Of a DNA stretch of 24,000 nt, positions 8,109-20,504 are shown in pieces; positions within the stretch are counted from its first letter, which is position 1; each line of letters starts with the position of its first letter. The position numbers were made by a program, and so were the translations under genes. Source of the stretch: an uncultured Defluviitaleaceae bacterium (lineage in GTDB: Bacteria > Bacillota > Clostridia > Lachnospirales > WQUN01); assembly GCA_964446745.1 (NCBI GenBank), contig CAYURR010000005.1, positions 343 through 24,342 on the forward strand, written 5' to 3'. The notes beneath the pieces are model-generated. The model saw only the letters and a list, made by a program, of their open reading frames with translations, was not told where the DNA came from and made no database searches.

Positions 8109-8137
8109 GCATACTGCAAAATATATACGAATTCAAC
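8109..8137 (-). promoter_or_regulatory. Putative promoter for the leader and yjdF gene
   Basis: Minus strand reads TTGAAT (8137-8132), a 17-nt spacer, then TATGCT (8114-8109), about 15 nt upstream of the leader's closing helix. Confidence 0.4.
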
Positions 8138-8312
8138 ACCTGATCTAATAAAAAGTGTAAGCCCTAATCTGCGAATTTTTCTTGTAAAGGTGTTTTGTTC
8201 ATGATAGATTAACGGTATATTCTAATTGAGTACATACGGTACTTGCTATGTATAGCTTATTTTATGATGTCAAGCCATAAGGGCGATTCTGCGTAATGGC
8301 AAGAAAGGAACG

Positions 8313-9668
8313 GTGTTTGTAACTATGAACGACAAGCGCATAAAGGTATTGGGGGAGGCCCCTGTGGTCAAGGCCATTTTGCAAATGGCAATACCCGTCG
8401 TGCTCGGGATGATGGTGCAGGTATTGTACAACTTGGTGGATACTTTTTTCATCGGTAGGCTCGGCGACCCGAACCAGTTAGCGGCTGCAAACATTACCAC
8501 GCCGGTGTTTATGATCATGATGTCTATCTCGGGTATCATCGGTACGGGTGCGGCATCGTACATCTCCCGCTGTCTCGGCGAGCAGGATTACGAGCGCGCT
8601 CACAAGACACTCTCGACCGGTGTTGCTATAGTTGTGGGATTGGGGATCATCGTTACGGTGCTGGGCTTGATCTGCATAACCCCGCTGATGAGGGCACTCG
8701 GTGCGAGCGAACAGACCCTGCCGTTTGCTCATGATTATTCATTTGTATTGTTGCTGGGCAGTATCCTGATCATGTGCAGCTTTACGTTTGGGCAGCTTTT
8801 GCGCAGCGAGGGGGCCGCTATGCCTTCAATTACCGGTATGGCGCTCGGTACGGTTACGAACATTATCTTAGACCCTATATTCATATTCGTGCTCGGCATG
8901 GGCATACGCGGCGCAGCGATAGCTACCGTACTGGGAAATGCGGTGGGGGTAGGGTACTACATCTTTTATTATGCATCCGGCAAATCTACGGTAAAGATCT
9001 CCGTTCGAAACATCAGCGGCGACAGGAAAATTTGGGGACAGATATTTGGCATCGGTACGCCGGCATCGGTCAGCCAGCTTTTAATGAGTGTCGCCATGAT
9101 CATACTGAACAACTTGGCGGCATCCTACGGTGATGTGGTGGTGGCCGGGATGGGTGTCGCGAACAAGATCATGACGATCGGCACTTTTGTGTTCATGGGC
9201 TTCGCTGGTGGATGTCAGCCGCTTGTGGGCTACAACTACGGCGCAAAGAACTACCCGCGTGTCAATGAGGTAATAAAAAAGGCCATGCTGATGATGGTCA
9301 GCATTGGCCTTGTACTATTTGCTTTATTTGGTGTGTTTGCGAAGGGATTGATCGGAGTATTCGCGAGCGATATGCCGCAGGTCGTGGACGAGGGCGTTCT
9401 AATCCTACGTGCGCTGATGTGGTCGCTGCTGTTCGTGGGTTCTCAGATGCTTGCCATGACCACGGTGCAGGCGTTCGGTAAGGCAAAGGCCTCTCTGTTT
9501 CTGTCGGTAGCTCGGCAAGGGTTGTTCTTTATCCCTCTGTTATTTATATTGAACACGCTGTTTGGGTTTAGAGGTCTGATCTATGCGCAGCCGGTTTCGG
9601 ATGCACTATCGCTAACGCTTTCTCTGACAGTGCTACGGTTTATCCTCACGAAAGCGGAGAAAGAATAA
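8313..9668 (+). CDS. MATE-family multidrug/toxic-compound efflux transporter
   Basis: 451 aa with about 12 hydrophobic segments. The N-terminus GEAPVVKAILQMAIPVVLGMMVQVLYNLVDTFFIGRLG is the typical MatE signature. The start is either GTG 8313 or ATG 8325 (MNDKRIKV), and the SD spacing is imperfect for both. Confidence 0.9.
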   Translation: MFVTMNDKRIKVLGEAPVVKAILQMAIPVVLGMMVQVLYNLVDTFFIGRLGDPNQLAAANITTPVFMIMMSISGIIGTGAASYISRCLGEQDYERAHKTLSTGVAIVVGLGIIVTVLGLICITPLMRALGASEQTLPFAHDYSFVLLLGSILIMCSFTFGQLLRSEGAAMPSITGMALGTVTNIILDPIFIFVLGMGIRGAAIATVLGNAVGVGYYIFYYASGKSTVKISVRNISGDRKIWGQIFGIGTPASVSQLLMSVAMIILNNLAASYGDVVVAGMGVANKIMTIGTFVFMGFAGGCQPLVGYNYGAKNYPRVNEVIKKAMLMMVSIGLVLFALFGVFAKGLIGVFASDMPQVVDEGVLILRALMWSLLFVGSQMLAMTTVQAFGKAKASLFLSVARQGLFFIPLLFILNTLFGFRGLIYAQPVSDALSLTLSLTVLRFILTKAEKE

Positions 9669-10326
9669 AGTCCATCAGCTTTTTGATATCCTGAAAACCA
9701 GGTACCACGAGATCGGCCTCGTGCAGGATAAGCGGATCGCCGATTCCGACAACGGACATCTTTGCGTTACGAGCGGCCTTGATGCCCTCGAACGCATCCT
9801 CAAATACCACGCATTGATCTGTCGGTATGCCGAGCTCTGTCGCCGAGTACAAAAATACCTCGGGGTCGGGCTTGGCCTTTGCGACATTGTTTCCGTCGAC
9901 GAGTACGTCGAACAGATCTGTAATATTTAAACGGCTAAGGATGATACCCGCGTTCTTGCTCACAGAGCCCAACGCGATCCTTAAGCCGTTTTCTTTTAGG
10001 GTTTTGATAAACGACTTTACACCGGGCAGAAGCTCGTCCTGTGTAATAGCGGATATGAGCTTGACATATTCGGTGTTCTTCTCGGTTGCAAGCTCGATCC
10101 TTTGGATCTCCGGCATGGAGCGTATCGCGGGGTCGTCACTCAGCGAGAGTACGATGTCCAGCGATGCCATACGGCTCACACCCTTTAGGCGCTCGTTATC
10201 GGCCTCTGTAAACCGGATGCCGAGCCGGTCGGCCATGGCCTTCCAGGCTATGAAGTGGTATCTTGCGGTATCGCATATCACACCGTCTAAGTCAAAAATA
10301 GCCAATTGAAACCTACTATTATTCAT
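9646..10326 (-). CDS. pgmB: Beta-phosphoglucomutase (HAD superfamily)
   Basis: The true start is the ATG at 10326 (MNNSRFQLAIFDLDGVICDT); the longer track ORF to 10611 is an out-of-frame run through the EamA gene. It has the DxDG nucleophile motif, LKGVSRMASL, KAKPDPEVF and FEDAFEGIKAA. The start overlaps the EamA stop by 8 nt (ATGAATAA). It is linked to a GH65 phosphorylase. Confidence 0.9.
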   Translation of the reverse strand: MNNSRFQLAIFDLDGVICDTARYHFIAWKAMADRLGIRFTEADNERLKGVSRMASLDIVLSLSDDPAIRSMPEIQRIELATEKNTEYVKLISAITQDELLPGVKSFIKTLKENGLRIALGSVSKNAGIILSRLNITDLFDVLVDGNNVAKAKPDPEVFLYSATELGIPTDQCVVFEDAFEGIKAARNAKMSVVGIGDPLILHEADLVVPGFQDIKKLMDFILSPLS

Positions 10327-11218
10327 GATGGGCTTCGCCCTCCTTTGAAAGAATAACGGACAATATAATGATCGCGCCGCCGATAGCCATGTTGATGGTC
10401 GCGGATTCAAAACCGAATAGAACCGAGAAGCACGCGCCGAACACACCCTCGAGCGAAAGTAGGATCGCAGCCTGTGACGATGATGTATGCTTCTGCCCAT
10501 AGGTCTCGAGCAGGTAACACAGGAACGTGCTGACCACGCCCAAATACAGCACAGGCAATAGTCCTGCGGAAAAGTCGACCTGCGAAATGGTATTGATCTC
10601 GAATATGCCAAAGTAGATCAGAGACAATACTGCAGCCGTGGCCATCTGCAGAAGCAACAGCGGTTTTAGCGGGATAGATTTTGCCACGATGTCGAGATAT
10701 GCGATATGTACCGCGAACAGTACCGCGCAGAGCAGTGTAAGGATATCGCCGAGATTGAAGCTGATCCCCGAGCCCGGCACATAGGTGAGCACGATCATAC
10801 CCGCGAGGCACAGTGCCGTGAGCACAAAAGCGCGTACCTTAGGGCGCTTTCTCAGCAGTATCCAGCTTGCAAACGGAACCAGGATCACATAGACGGCGGT
10901 GATCAAGGAATTGTTCGATGGGGTGGTGAAACGGAGGCCGACGGTCTGTGCGAGAAACGAGACAAATAGCAGCGCGCCGGCCATTACGCCGCGTATTAGG
11001 TCGGCTTTGTTTACCTTAAAAGCTTCTTTGCGAAAGAAGATACCGATGATCAGTGTCGCGAGCGTAAAACGCGTAGCCATGATAAAGCCCGCACCGAAAT
11101 TTGCATTTATAGCGTTCTGGGCGGCGATAAAGCCGCCGCCCCACAGTAACGATGCAAATATCAGTGCGGACATAGCCAGAAATTTAGTACGTTTGTTGTC
11201 TGTCCTTGTGTCCTTCAT
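10319..11218 (-). CDS. EamA/DMT-superfamily transporter (10 TM)
   Basis: 299 aa with two EamA-like halves and hydrophobic throughout. SD AAGGA overlaps the GH65 stop, 8 nt before the ATG. Confidence 0.85.
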   Translation of the reverse strand: MKDTRTDNKRTKFLAMSALIFASLLWGGGFIAAQNAINANFGAGFIMATRFTLATLIIGIFFRKEAFKVNKADLIRGVMAGALLFVSFLAQTVGLRFTTPSNNSLITAVYVILVPFASWILLRKRPKVRAFVLTALCLAGMIVLTYVPGSGISFNLGDILTLLCAVLFAVHIAYLDIVAKSIPLKPLLLLQMATAAVLSLIYFGIFEINTISQVDFSAGLLPVLYLGVVSTFLCYLLETYGQKHTSSSQAAILLSLEGVFGACFSVLFGFESATINMAIGGAIIILSVILSKEGEAHHE

Positions 11219-11229
11219 CTAATCTGTCC

Positions 11230-13568
11230 TTATCTGATAACGCGTTCGGCGTTATTAATTAAAATTGTGAGCGGCTCGCCCGAGAGCAATTCCACGTCTA
11301 CGTTATTTCTATCTTTCTCACCCGATGTAATATTTATCTTCATCAAGCGTCCGTTGAACCAAAGCTTGAATGTAATGTGATCCCATTTCTCCGGCAGGCT
11401 CGGGTCTATGCAAAGCATGGAGTTATGATTGATGCTCACGCCGCCAAAGCCGAATACGAGCACCTTCCAGACACCACCCGCGTTTGCGGCATGTATGCCC
11501 TCGCGTGTGTTGTGCTGCAGATCATTGAGGTCGATATACGCCGCGCGGCGCAGATATTTGTATGCCATATCCGTACGGCCTACACGCAGCCCCATGATCG
11601 AGTAGATACTCGGTGACAATGACGAGCCATGCAATGTGCGCTTCTCGTAATAGTCGTAATTCACACGTTGGGTCTCCGAATCAAAGCGATCTCCCAGCAG
11701 ATACATGAGCATAACGACATCGGCTTGTTTGATCAGCGTTGTCTTGCGCACGGACATCTCCTTCAGGATCGCGGGCCTAACGGGCATGTCGTTTTCATTA
11801 TATTTCTCGATCACTACGTCGAGATAATCCGTAAAATATCCCTCGAACTGCTCGAACAGCTTGCCGTCCTTTGCCATCGGCAGATACACATGATCATGCA
11901 CATGCCGCCAGAACGAGAGCTCCTCGTCTGTGATCGTAAGCTTAGCGACTAGCTCCGCATAGCGCTCGGGGTAAGTAGCCTTTAACAGGTCGATGATCTC
12001 GAACCCGAGCTCGATGGAGTACATAGCAAGATAATTTGTATAGCAATTATTGTTTACTGGCTCGTGCCACTCGTCGGGCCCCGTAACCTGTGTGATTTCG
12101 TAGTGCTGCTTTGCTTCGTTATACTCAAAGCGTGTGCTCCAGAAACGTGCGGTCTCTAAGATGATCTCCGCACCCTTGTCGAGCATGAATCCGATGTCGC
12201 CGGTCGCTTTGAAATATTTATATAAGCCCACCGCGACGGCCGCCGTGATATGGTGCTCATACTGCGCAACATAACAGCGATAGCAACTGCCGTCCGGCAT
12301 GATCGTCCAATCCGGGCATTCCTCATCACCTGTATCGGCAGATTCCCATGGATACTTAGCACCCTTGTAGCCGTTGTCGGCGGCATTTCTGCGTGCCGCA
12401 TCGAGCAGGAAGTAGCGGTAAGATACGAGATTACGCGCGGTCTCTGGGAACACATGCGTAAAGAACGGCAACATGAACAGTTCCGTATCCCAGAATGCGT
12501 GTCCACCGTATTCCTCGCCGTGCAGAAGCTTCGCGCCCACGTTTACATGGCTGTCGTGCTCGCTGCCTGTGGACATGAGTTGATAGATATTGAAACGTAT
12601 CACGCGGTTTAGTTCGAAGTCGTTGCCTATGTCGATATCAGCCATATCCCACATCTTGGCGTATACAGATGTATGCTGCTCGAGCTCTGTGTCGATCGTC
12701 GTATGATCGAGATGCTCCATACCCGTTAGCACCGCGTGCTTAATGGGCTTTGAATATTTGCCGTCGAAATCCCGCTCCGCATAGATGCTCATGATCTTAT
12801 GTATCTCGATTGTCTCGTTTTGTTTTAGGTCGCAGTCACAAAACTCTACGGCCTGCTCGCCAAAGCGGGAGTACATGCGGTTCTTGCGGATGTTATTGCC
12901 CGATGCGTCGCAAAGCAATACGCGCGTGCCGATGCCCACATGCTGTCCGAAGTCACGTGTCTTTACCTCCACATAGATCCCGTCGCTTGCGTCCGCGTTC
13001 TCTACAAGCTCCGTGTGCTTGACCTTAAAGCGTGGCGCATCAGCGAAGTTTAATACGCTCGCGTCGATGATGCTCTCGCATTCCAATATGCCGTCATAGT
13101 TCAGCGCCGTCACAAACATCTTGATCGCACCGAAATGTACATTGCTGCGGCTAAGAAAGCGCATGGTCTCAATCCGTGTCTCGTTGCCCCAACGGTCTTT
13201 TACGACCATGTGGCGATAGAGGACGGATTTTTTCATATCCAGCACACGCGAGAACGATAGTATCTCGGAGCGGTCGACTCCCAGAAGCTCCTTGTTTACA
13301 TATAACTTCGTCGGAAGCCAATTCGGCAGGTTCGCGAGCTCGCGCATAAAGGTCTCAGACTTGTCGAACACACCGTTTATAAACGTACAGGGTAATTCGA
13401 TATGACTGCCTTCCTCAAACGCGCCACGCACGCCCATGTAGCCGTTGGCCATCGCGAATACGCTCTCGTACTGTAGATTTTTTGAAATGTCGTATGTTTC
13501 TTGCTCGATCAGGTACGCTTCGTCGCTTATCAGAGCACGAATATGGGGTGAAAAAAATTCTGCTTTCA

Positions 13569-13569
<1 letters not shown>
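11230..13569 (-). CDS. Glycoside hydrolase family 65 alpha-glucoside phosphorylase (maltose/kojibiose/nigerose-phosphorylase-like; specificity unknown)
   Basis: 779 aa from the ATG at 13569, with SD AAGGAGG 8 nt upstream and a TGATG overlap with the GH2 stop. The catalytic-acid region reads HGEEYGGHAFWDTELFMLPFF. The phosphate-site-like motif is KRTLHGSSLSPSIY. It is co-operonic with beta-PGM, the classic GH65 phosphorylase partner. Confidence 0.9.
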
Positions 13570-16837
<3,268 letters not shown>

Positions 16838-16858
16838 TAATATTTTTCTATTCGAATC

Positions 16859-18532
16859 TTACTTAGTTTTAAGCTTCTCGCTCATTTCCTTATATGTGGC
16901 TGTCAGGTAGTTGTTGACGGTTTGAATGCCGATCTTGTCTGCTTCGGCGAGCATCTCGTCGTAGATCTTGTTGAACTCGGCCTCGTCCTTTGCGAGTGCG
17001 ACGCGTGGGATGTACTCATCTACAAGCGAACCAAGGTTGTTGTAGATCACGCGTTCGTCGGTGTCGGCCTTCGGGTAGCACAGGTCAACGATGTTGGACC
17101 AGTTGGCTTTCTTTGTTGCGTCCATGAAGATCTGCTTTGTAGCATCAGATGCTGCATCATAGAAATATGTGGACTCACGGATATAGTCTGTCGCTGATAC
17201 TAGGAAGCCAATTTCCTTGAACTCGCTCGGGAAGGTGCCTGCCTCAAGCGCATTCTTCGGGCGGTCTAACAGCTTGAAGCCGCCGTCGCCGACCTTTTCC
17301 CAGTCTGTACCCTCAACACCGAGCTTTGTTACGATCTGGTTCTCGGGTTGCTTTGCCCAGTGCAGGAACTTGATAGCGGTTTCGGGATCCTTGTTCTTGC
17401 GGCTGATGAAGAAGCCCGACCAGCCCGATACGCCGATGGTATAGTTCCATGCATCCGTGAGCGGCAGCTGTACAAAGCTCGCCTCCGGTACAGCCTTTTG
17501 AACGTTTGCGGTGAAGCGTTGCTCATCGTTACCCGCATAGTGGGAGACCATGAACGCCTTGCCGTTGTTTACATACTGCATGGTCTGCTCGTCGCTCGTG
17601 TACGCGAAGTTCTCGTCCAAGATCAAATCGTTCTGCGCGAGCTCAAACAGCAGCTTCAGGTAATCGCGGTATTTTGGGGAAGAAAGCGAGTATACATAGT
17701 TGCCGGATGCATCCTTGGGCATGTACGGATCATATCCGACAAACTGAGCAAGGCCGCTGTATTCACGCATGTTCAGGACCAGCGGGATCATGTCCGGGTT
17801 CTTTTCCTTTACGGACTTCAGCATGTTGATGAAGTCGTCCTTTGAATTGACCTTTGGTGAGCCGATAGCCTTGTAGATATCGTCTCTCATGTGCAACTGA
17901 CCGAAGTTCGGGCCGTTTGTGTCGCTCGATAGGATCTCGTCGATCGTGTTGAACTCATTCTTCAGCATGTAATACTTGCCGTCCTTTGAGTAGTTCGCGT
18001 TCAACAGCTTGACGGTCTCGGGTATCTGCCAGCTCGGTGTGTACTGCGAGATAAGCTCGTCGAGCGGATAGCAGAGATCGGGATCGGAGAGCTTGTTCAG
18101 CTTTGCGGAGCTGCCGACCATGATAACGTCCGGCAGATCGCCCGATGCGATCAACAGGTTCAACTGCTCGCTGTCTGTGGACTTGGTCATGTCGAAGCTC
18201 ACGCCTGTGAGACGCTCGACCTCGTTCGGTATGATCCCGTCTTCGAGGCTGTCATACTCGAGCCAGGTTACATCGGCAAAGAACGAGAACTTGACCTTGT
18301 TGTTCGGATCCGGGAACTCCGAATTGGACTGTGTAGCGTCAGCGGTGGTTGTTTCCGCGGTCGTGGTCTCAGCTTCGGTGTTGGTTTCGGTTGTTGTTTC
18401 CGTAGTGGCTTCTGCTGCTGTGGAGCCGCCTGCGCTTTGCGGTGTCGAGGCATTGCCGCCGGTTTTGCTGCCGCAAGCTGCCATGGACACAAGCATCAAC
18501 GTAGCGAGTGCACTTGCTAAAAATCGTTTCAT
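16859..18532 (-). CDS. ABC transporter extracellular solute-binding lipoprotein (large LplA-type sugar SBP)
   Basis: 557 aa. The lipoprotein signal is MKRFLASALATLMLVSMAAC with a lipobox Cys, followed by a Thr/Glu/Ala-rich linker and then an SBP fold. SD AAAGGAGG lies 8 nt upstream. It is adjacent to two permease genes. Confidence 0.9.
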   Translation of the reverse strand: MKRFLASALATLMLVSMAACGSKTGGNASTPQSAGGSTAAEATTETTTETNTEAETTTAETTTADATQSNSEFPDPNNKVKFSFFADVTWLEYDSLEDGIIPNEVERLTGVSFDMTKSTDSEQLNLLIASGDLPDVIMVGSSAKLNKLSDPDLCYPLDELISQYTPSWQIPETVKLLNANYSKDGKYYMLKNEFNTIDEILSSDTNGPNFGQLHMRDDIYKAIGSPKVNSKDDFINMLKSVKEKNPDMIPLVLNMREYSGLAQFVGYDPYMPKDASGNYVYSLSSPKYRDYLKLLFELAQNDLILDENFAYTSDEQTMQYVNNGKAFMVSHYAGNDEQRFTANVQKAVPEASFVQLPLTDAWNYTIGVSGWSGFFISRKNKDPETAIKFLHWAKQPENQIVTKLGVEGTDWEKVGDGGFKLLDRPKNALEAGTFPSEFKEIGFLVSATDYIRESTYFYDAASDATKQIFMDATKKANWSNIVDLCYPKADTDERVIYNNLGSLVDEYIPRVALAKDEAEFNKIYDEMLAEADKIGIQTVNNYLTATYKEMSEKLKTK

Positions 18533-18559
18533 TACTTCATCCTCCTTTAATTATGTATA

Positions 18560-19483
18560 TTAACCCTTTACCGCGCCTAACATAATGCCTTTAACGAAAT
18601 ATTTCTGCAAAAACGGATAAACCATTATGATAGGCAGGACCGCTATAACCATTGCGGCCATCTGCACGGATTGGGACGTTACTGTACGGTACTTCGAAGA
18701 CTGCATCAGAGCTGCCGCGGACGATGTATCGACCTGGTTTTTCATGATAACGTCACGCATTAGAAATGCGAGTGAGCGCAAGCTCTTGTTTGCCGTGACA
18801 TAGAATGCGGTATCGGACCATGCGTTCCACTGAGAGACCGCCGCGAATAAGGCGAGTGTCGCCAAGAGTGGCTTAGTGAGCGGTAGAATGATACGCAGAT
18901 AGATCGTGAGCTCGTTCGCACCGTCGAGCATAGCGGATTCGTGCAGCTCGGCGGGCAATTCGCGGAAGAAGGATATCGCCAATATACAGTAATAGATGCT
19001 AAACATCGGCGGTATGACGTAGACGGTAAAGGTATTGAGCATGCCGAGCCCGCGCAATGTGAGGTAGTAGGGGATCAGGCCGCCGCTGAAGTACATGCAT
19101 ACGAGCAAAAATGTGTTGTAGAATTTCTTGAACAGCAAATTCGGAAACGACATACCATATGCAACGAGGCATGTAAAGAACACACAGAGACTGGTACCGA
19201 TGAGTGTCTTGGACACCGAGACCAAGATCGCGAGTATCCACTTCGAATCGGTCAGAAACTGCATGTAGTTAGAAAATGTGAACGCGCGCGGCCAGAGATA
19301 GATGCCGCCCATGGATGCGTCGATACCGTCATTGAGGGACAGCACGACCGTTAGGTAGAACGGGTACGCGGTGATAAAGAACACGACTGTCATAAACACC
19401 AAGATGAACGTATCGAGAACGCGGTCCTCGACCGTGGGCTTGATGCGGTTTTTTATTGCCGTTACGGACATGGGATTCACCAA
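18560..19483 (-). CDS. Carbohydrate ABC transporter permease (LplC-type, BPD_transp_1)
   Basis: 307 aa with 6 TM segments and an EAA-like loop region (ESAMLDGANELTIYLRIILP). The start is uncertain: TTG 19483 as in the track, or ATG 19471 (MSVTAIK). Confidence 0.88.
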   Translation of the reverse strand: MVNPMSVTAIKNRIKPTVEDRVLDTFILVFMTVVFFITAYPFYLTVVLSLNDGIDASMGGIYLWPRAFTFSNYMQFLTDSKWILAILVSVSKTLIGTSLCVFFTCLVAYGMSFPNLLFKKFYNTFLLVCMYFSGGLIPYYLTLRGLGMLNTFTVYVIPPMFSIYYCILAISFFRELPAELHESAMLDGANELTIYLRIILPLTKPLLATLALFAAVSQWNAWSDTAFYVTANKSLRSLAFLMRDVIMKNQVDTSSAAALMQSSKYRTVTSQSVQMAAMVIAVLPIIMVYPFLQKYFVKGIMLGAVKG

Positions 19484-19496
19484 CCTTTCGCGTTAT

Positions 19497-20414
19497 CTAA
19501 AATAGTGAGGAGCCGACGAGCTTCTTTGAGCAATAGTTGGCCGAGAGTACGAGCACCAGCGACACGAGCGACTGGAACAGACCCGCAGCGGCCGCGTATG
19601 AATAACGCCCGAGTCCAAGGCCGCTTTTGTATATGTACACGTCGAGTATTTCAGATTTACTTATGTTCATCGTATTACCGAGCATCATGGCCTGATCGAA
19701 GTTCGCACCGGAGAGTAAACCTCCGATCGAGAGGATCAACAGCACCGAGATCGCACCCTTGATGGATGGCAGTGTGATGTGCCAGATGCGCTGCAAGCGG
19801 CCCGCGCCGTCTATCTGCGCACTCTCGTATAGTGAAGGGTCGATGCCTGTGATCGCGGCGAGGTAGATGATCGCGCTCCAGCCCATTTCCTTCCAGGTCT
19901 CGCTAAAGATCGCGAGCCCGTAGTAATACTTTGGATCGGTCAGCAGGGGGATGGGCTTTTTGATAATGCCGAGGGTCATCATGGCCTCATTAAACGCGCC
20001 CGAGGATGTGGAAAAGAACACAAACATGATACCCGAGACGATGATCCATGAAATGAAGTGGGGTAGGTAGCTGACGGTCTGGACGATACGCTTATACTTC
20101 TGCTGGCGCATCTCCGATAACATGATCGCGAAGATGATGGCTGCAGGGAATTGAACAAGCAGTTTTCCGACGCTGATAAATAGGGTGTTGGTCAAAAGGG
20201 TGCCGAATTTCCGGTCGAACAGGAATTCCTTAAAGAACTTCAAGCCAACAAATTCGCCTGTAAAGATGCCCAGAAAACCGCTCTTGATGTCATAGTTTTT
20301 GAACGAGATGAGCACACCGGTCATAGGCACCACGCTGAAGATGATCAGGAAAATAAGCCCCAACCAGATAAACAGATGCATCACGGCCTGCTTTTTAAAA
20401 GTCCTGATGAGCAA
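19497..20414 (-). CDS. Carbohydrate ABC transporter permease (LplB-type)
   Basis: The EAA loop reads ESAQIDGAGRLQRIWHITLP, with 6 TM segments. The track ORF runs to ATG 20444, and another ATG sits at 20432. Neither has an SD, whereas GGGAGGG sits 7 nt before the in-frame TTG at 20414, so that start is preferred. The start remains uncertain by up to 30 nt. Confidence 0.85.
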   Translation of the reverse strand: MLIRTFKKQAVMHLFIWLGLIFLIIFSVVPMTGVLISFKNYDIKSGFLGIFTGEFVGLKFFKEFLFDRKFGTLLTNTLFISVGKLLVQFPAAIIFAIMLSEMRQQKYKRIVQTVSYLPHFISWIIVSGIMFVFFSTSSGAFNEAMMTLGIIKKPIPLLTDPKYYYGLAIFSETWKEMGWSAIIYLAAITGIDPSLYESAQIDGAGRLQRIWHITLPSIKGAISVLLILSIGGLLSGANFDQAMMLGNTMNISKSEILDVYIYKSGLGLGRYSYAAAAGLFQSLVSLVLVLSANYCSKKLVGSSLF

Positions 20415-20457
20415 ACAAAATCCCTCCCTCATGAAATATTCCATATAATTGATATAG

Positions 20458-20486
20458 AATATATTCCAAGAGGAAGGGATTGTAAA
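20458..20486 (-). promoter_or_regulatory. Putative promoter of the ABC/GH operon
   Basis: Minus strand reads TTTACA (20486-20481), a 17-nt spacer, then TATATT (20463-20458), in the 60-nt gap between the AraC stop and the first permease gene. Confidence 0.4.
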
Positions 20487-20504
20487 TGAAAAAACCCGAA
20501 CGAC

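Noticed and set aside
10327-10611. N-terminal 95-aa extension of the 9646-10611 ORF
   Set aside because: It overlaps the EamA coding region in another frame and has an Arg/Ser/Cys-rich nonsense-like sequence. The conserved beta-PGM N-terminus, including the DLDGV nucleophile motif, begins right after the ATG at 10326.
18340-18440. Repetitive GGTTGTTTC/GGTGTTGGTTTC-type DNA, considered as a possible tandem-repeat element
   Set aside because: It encodes the Thr/Glu/Ala-rich flexible linker (TAAEATTETTTETNTEAETTTAETTTADA) after the lipobox of the solute-binding lipoprotein. This is a common low-complexity tether, not an independent feature.
20487-20504. GGGTTTTTT after the AraC stop, considered as a possible intrinsic terminator
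   Set aside because: I could not find a convincing GC-rich stem immediately upstream of the T-run, so I did not call it.
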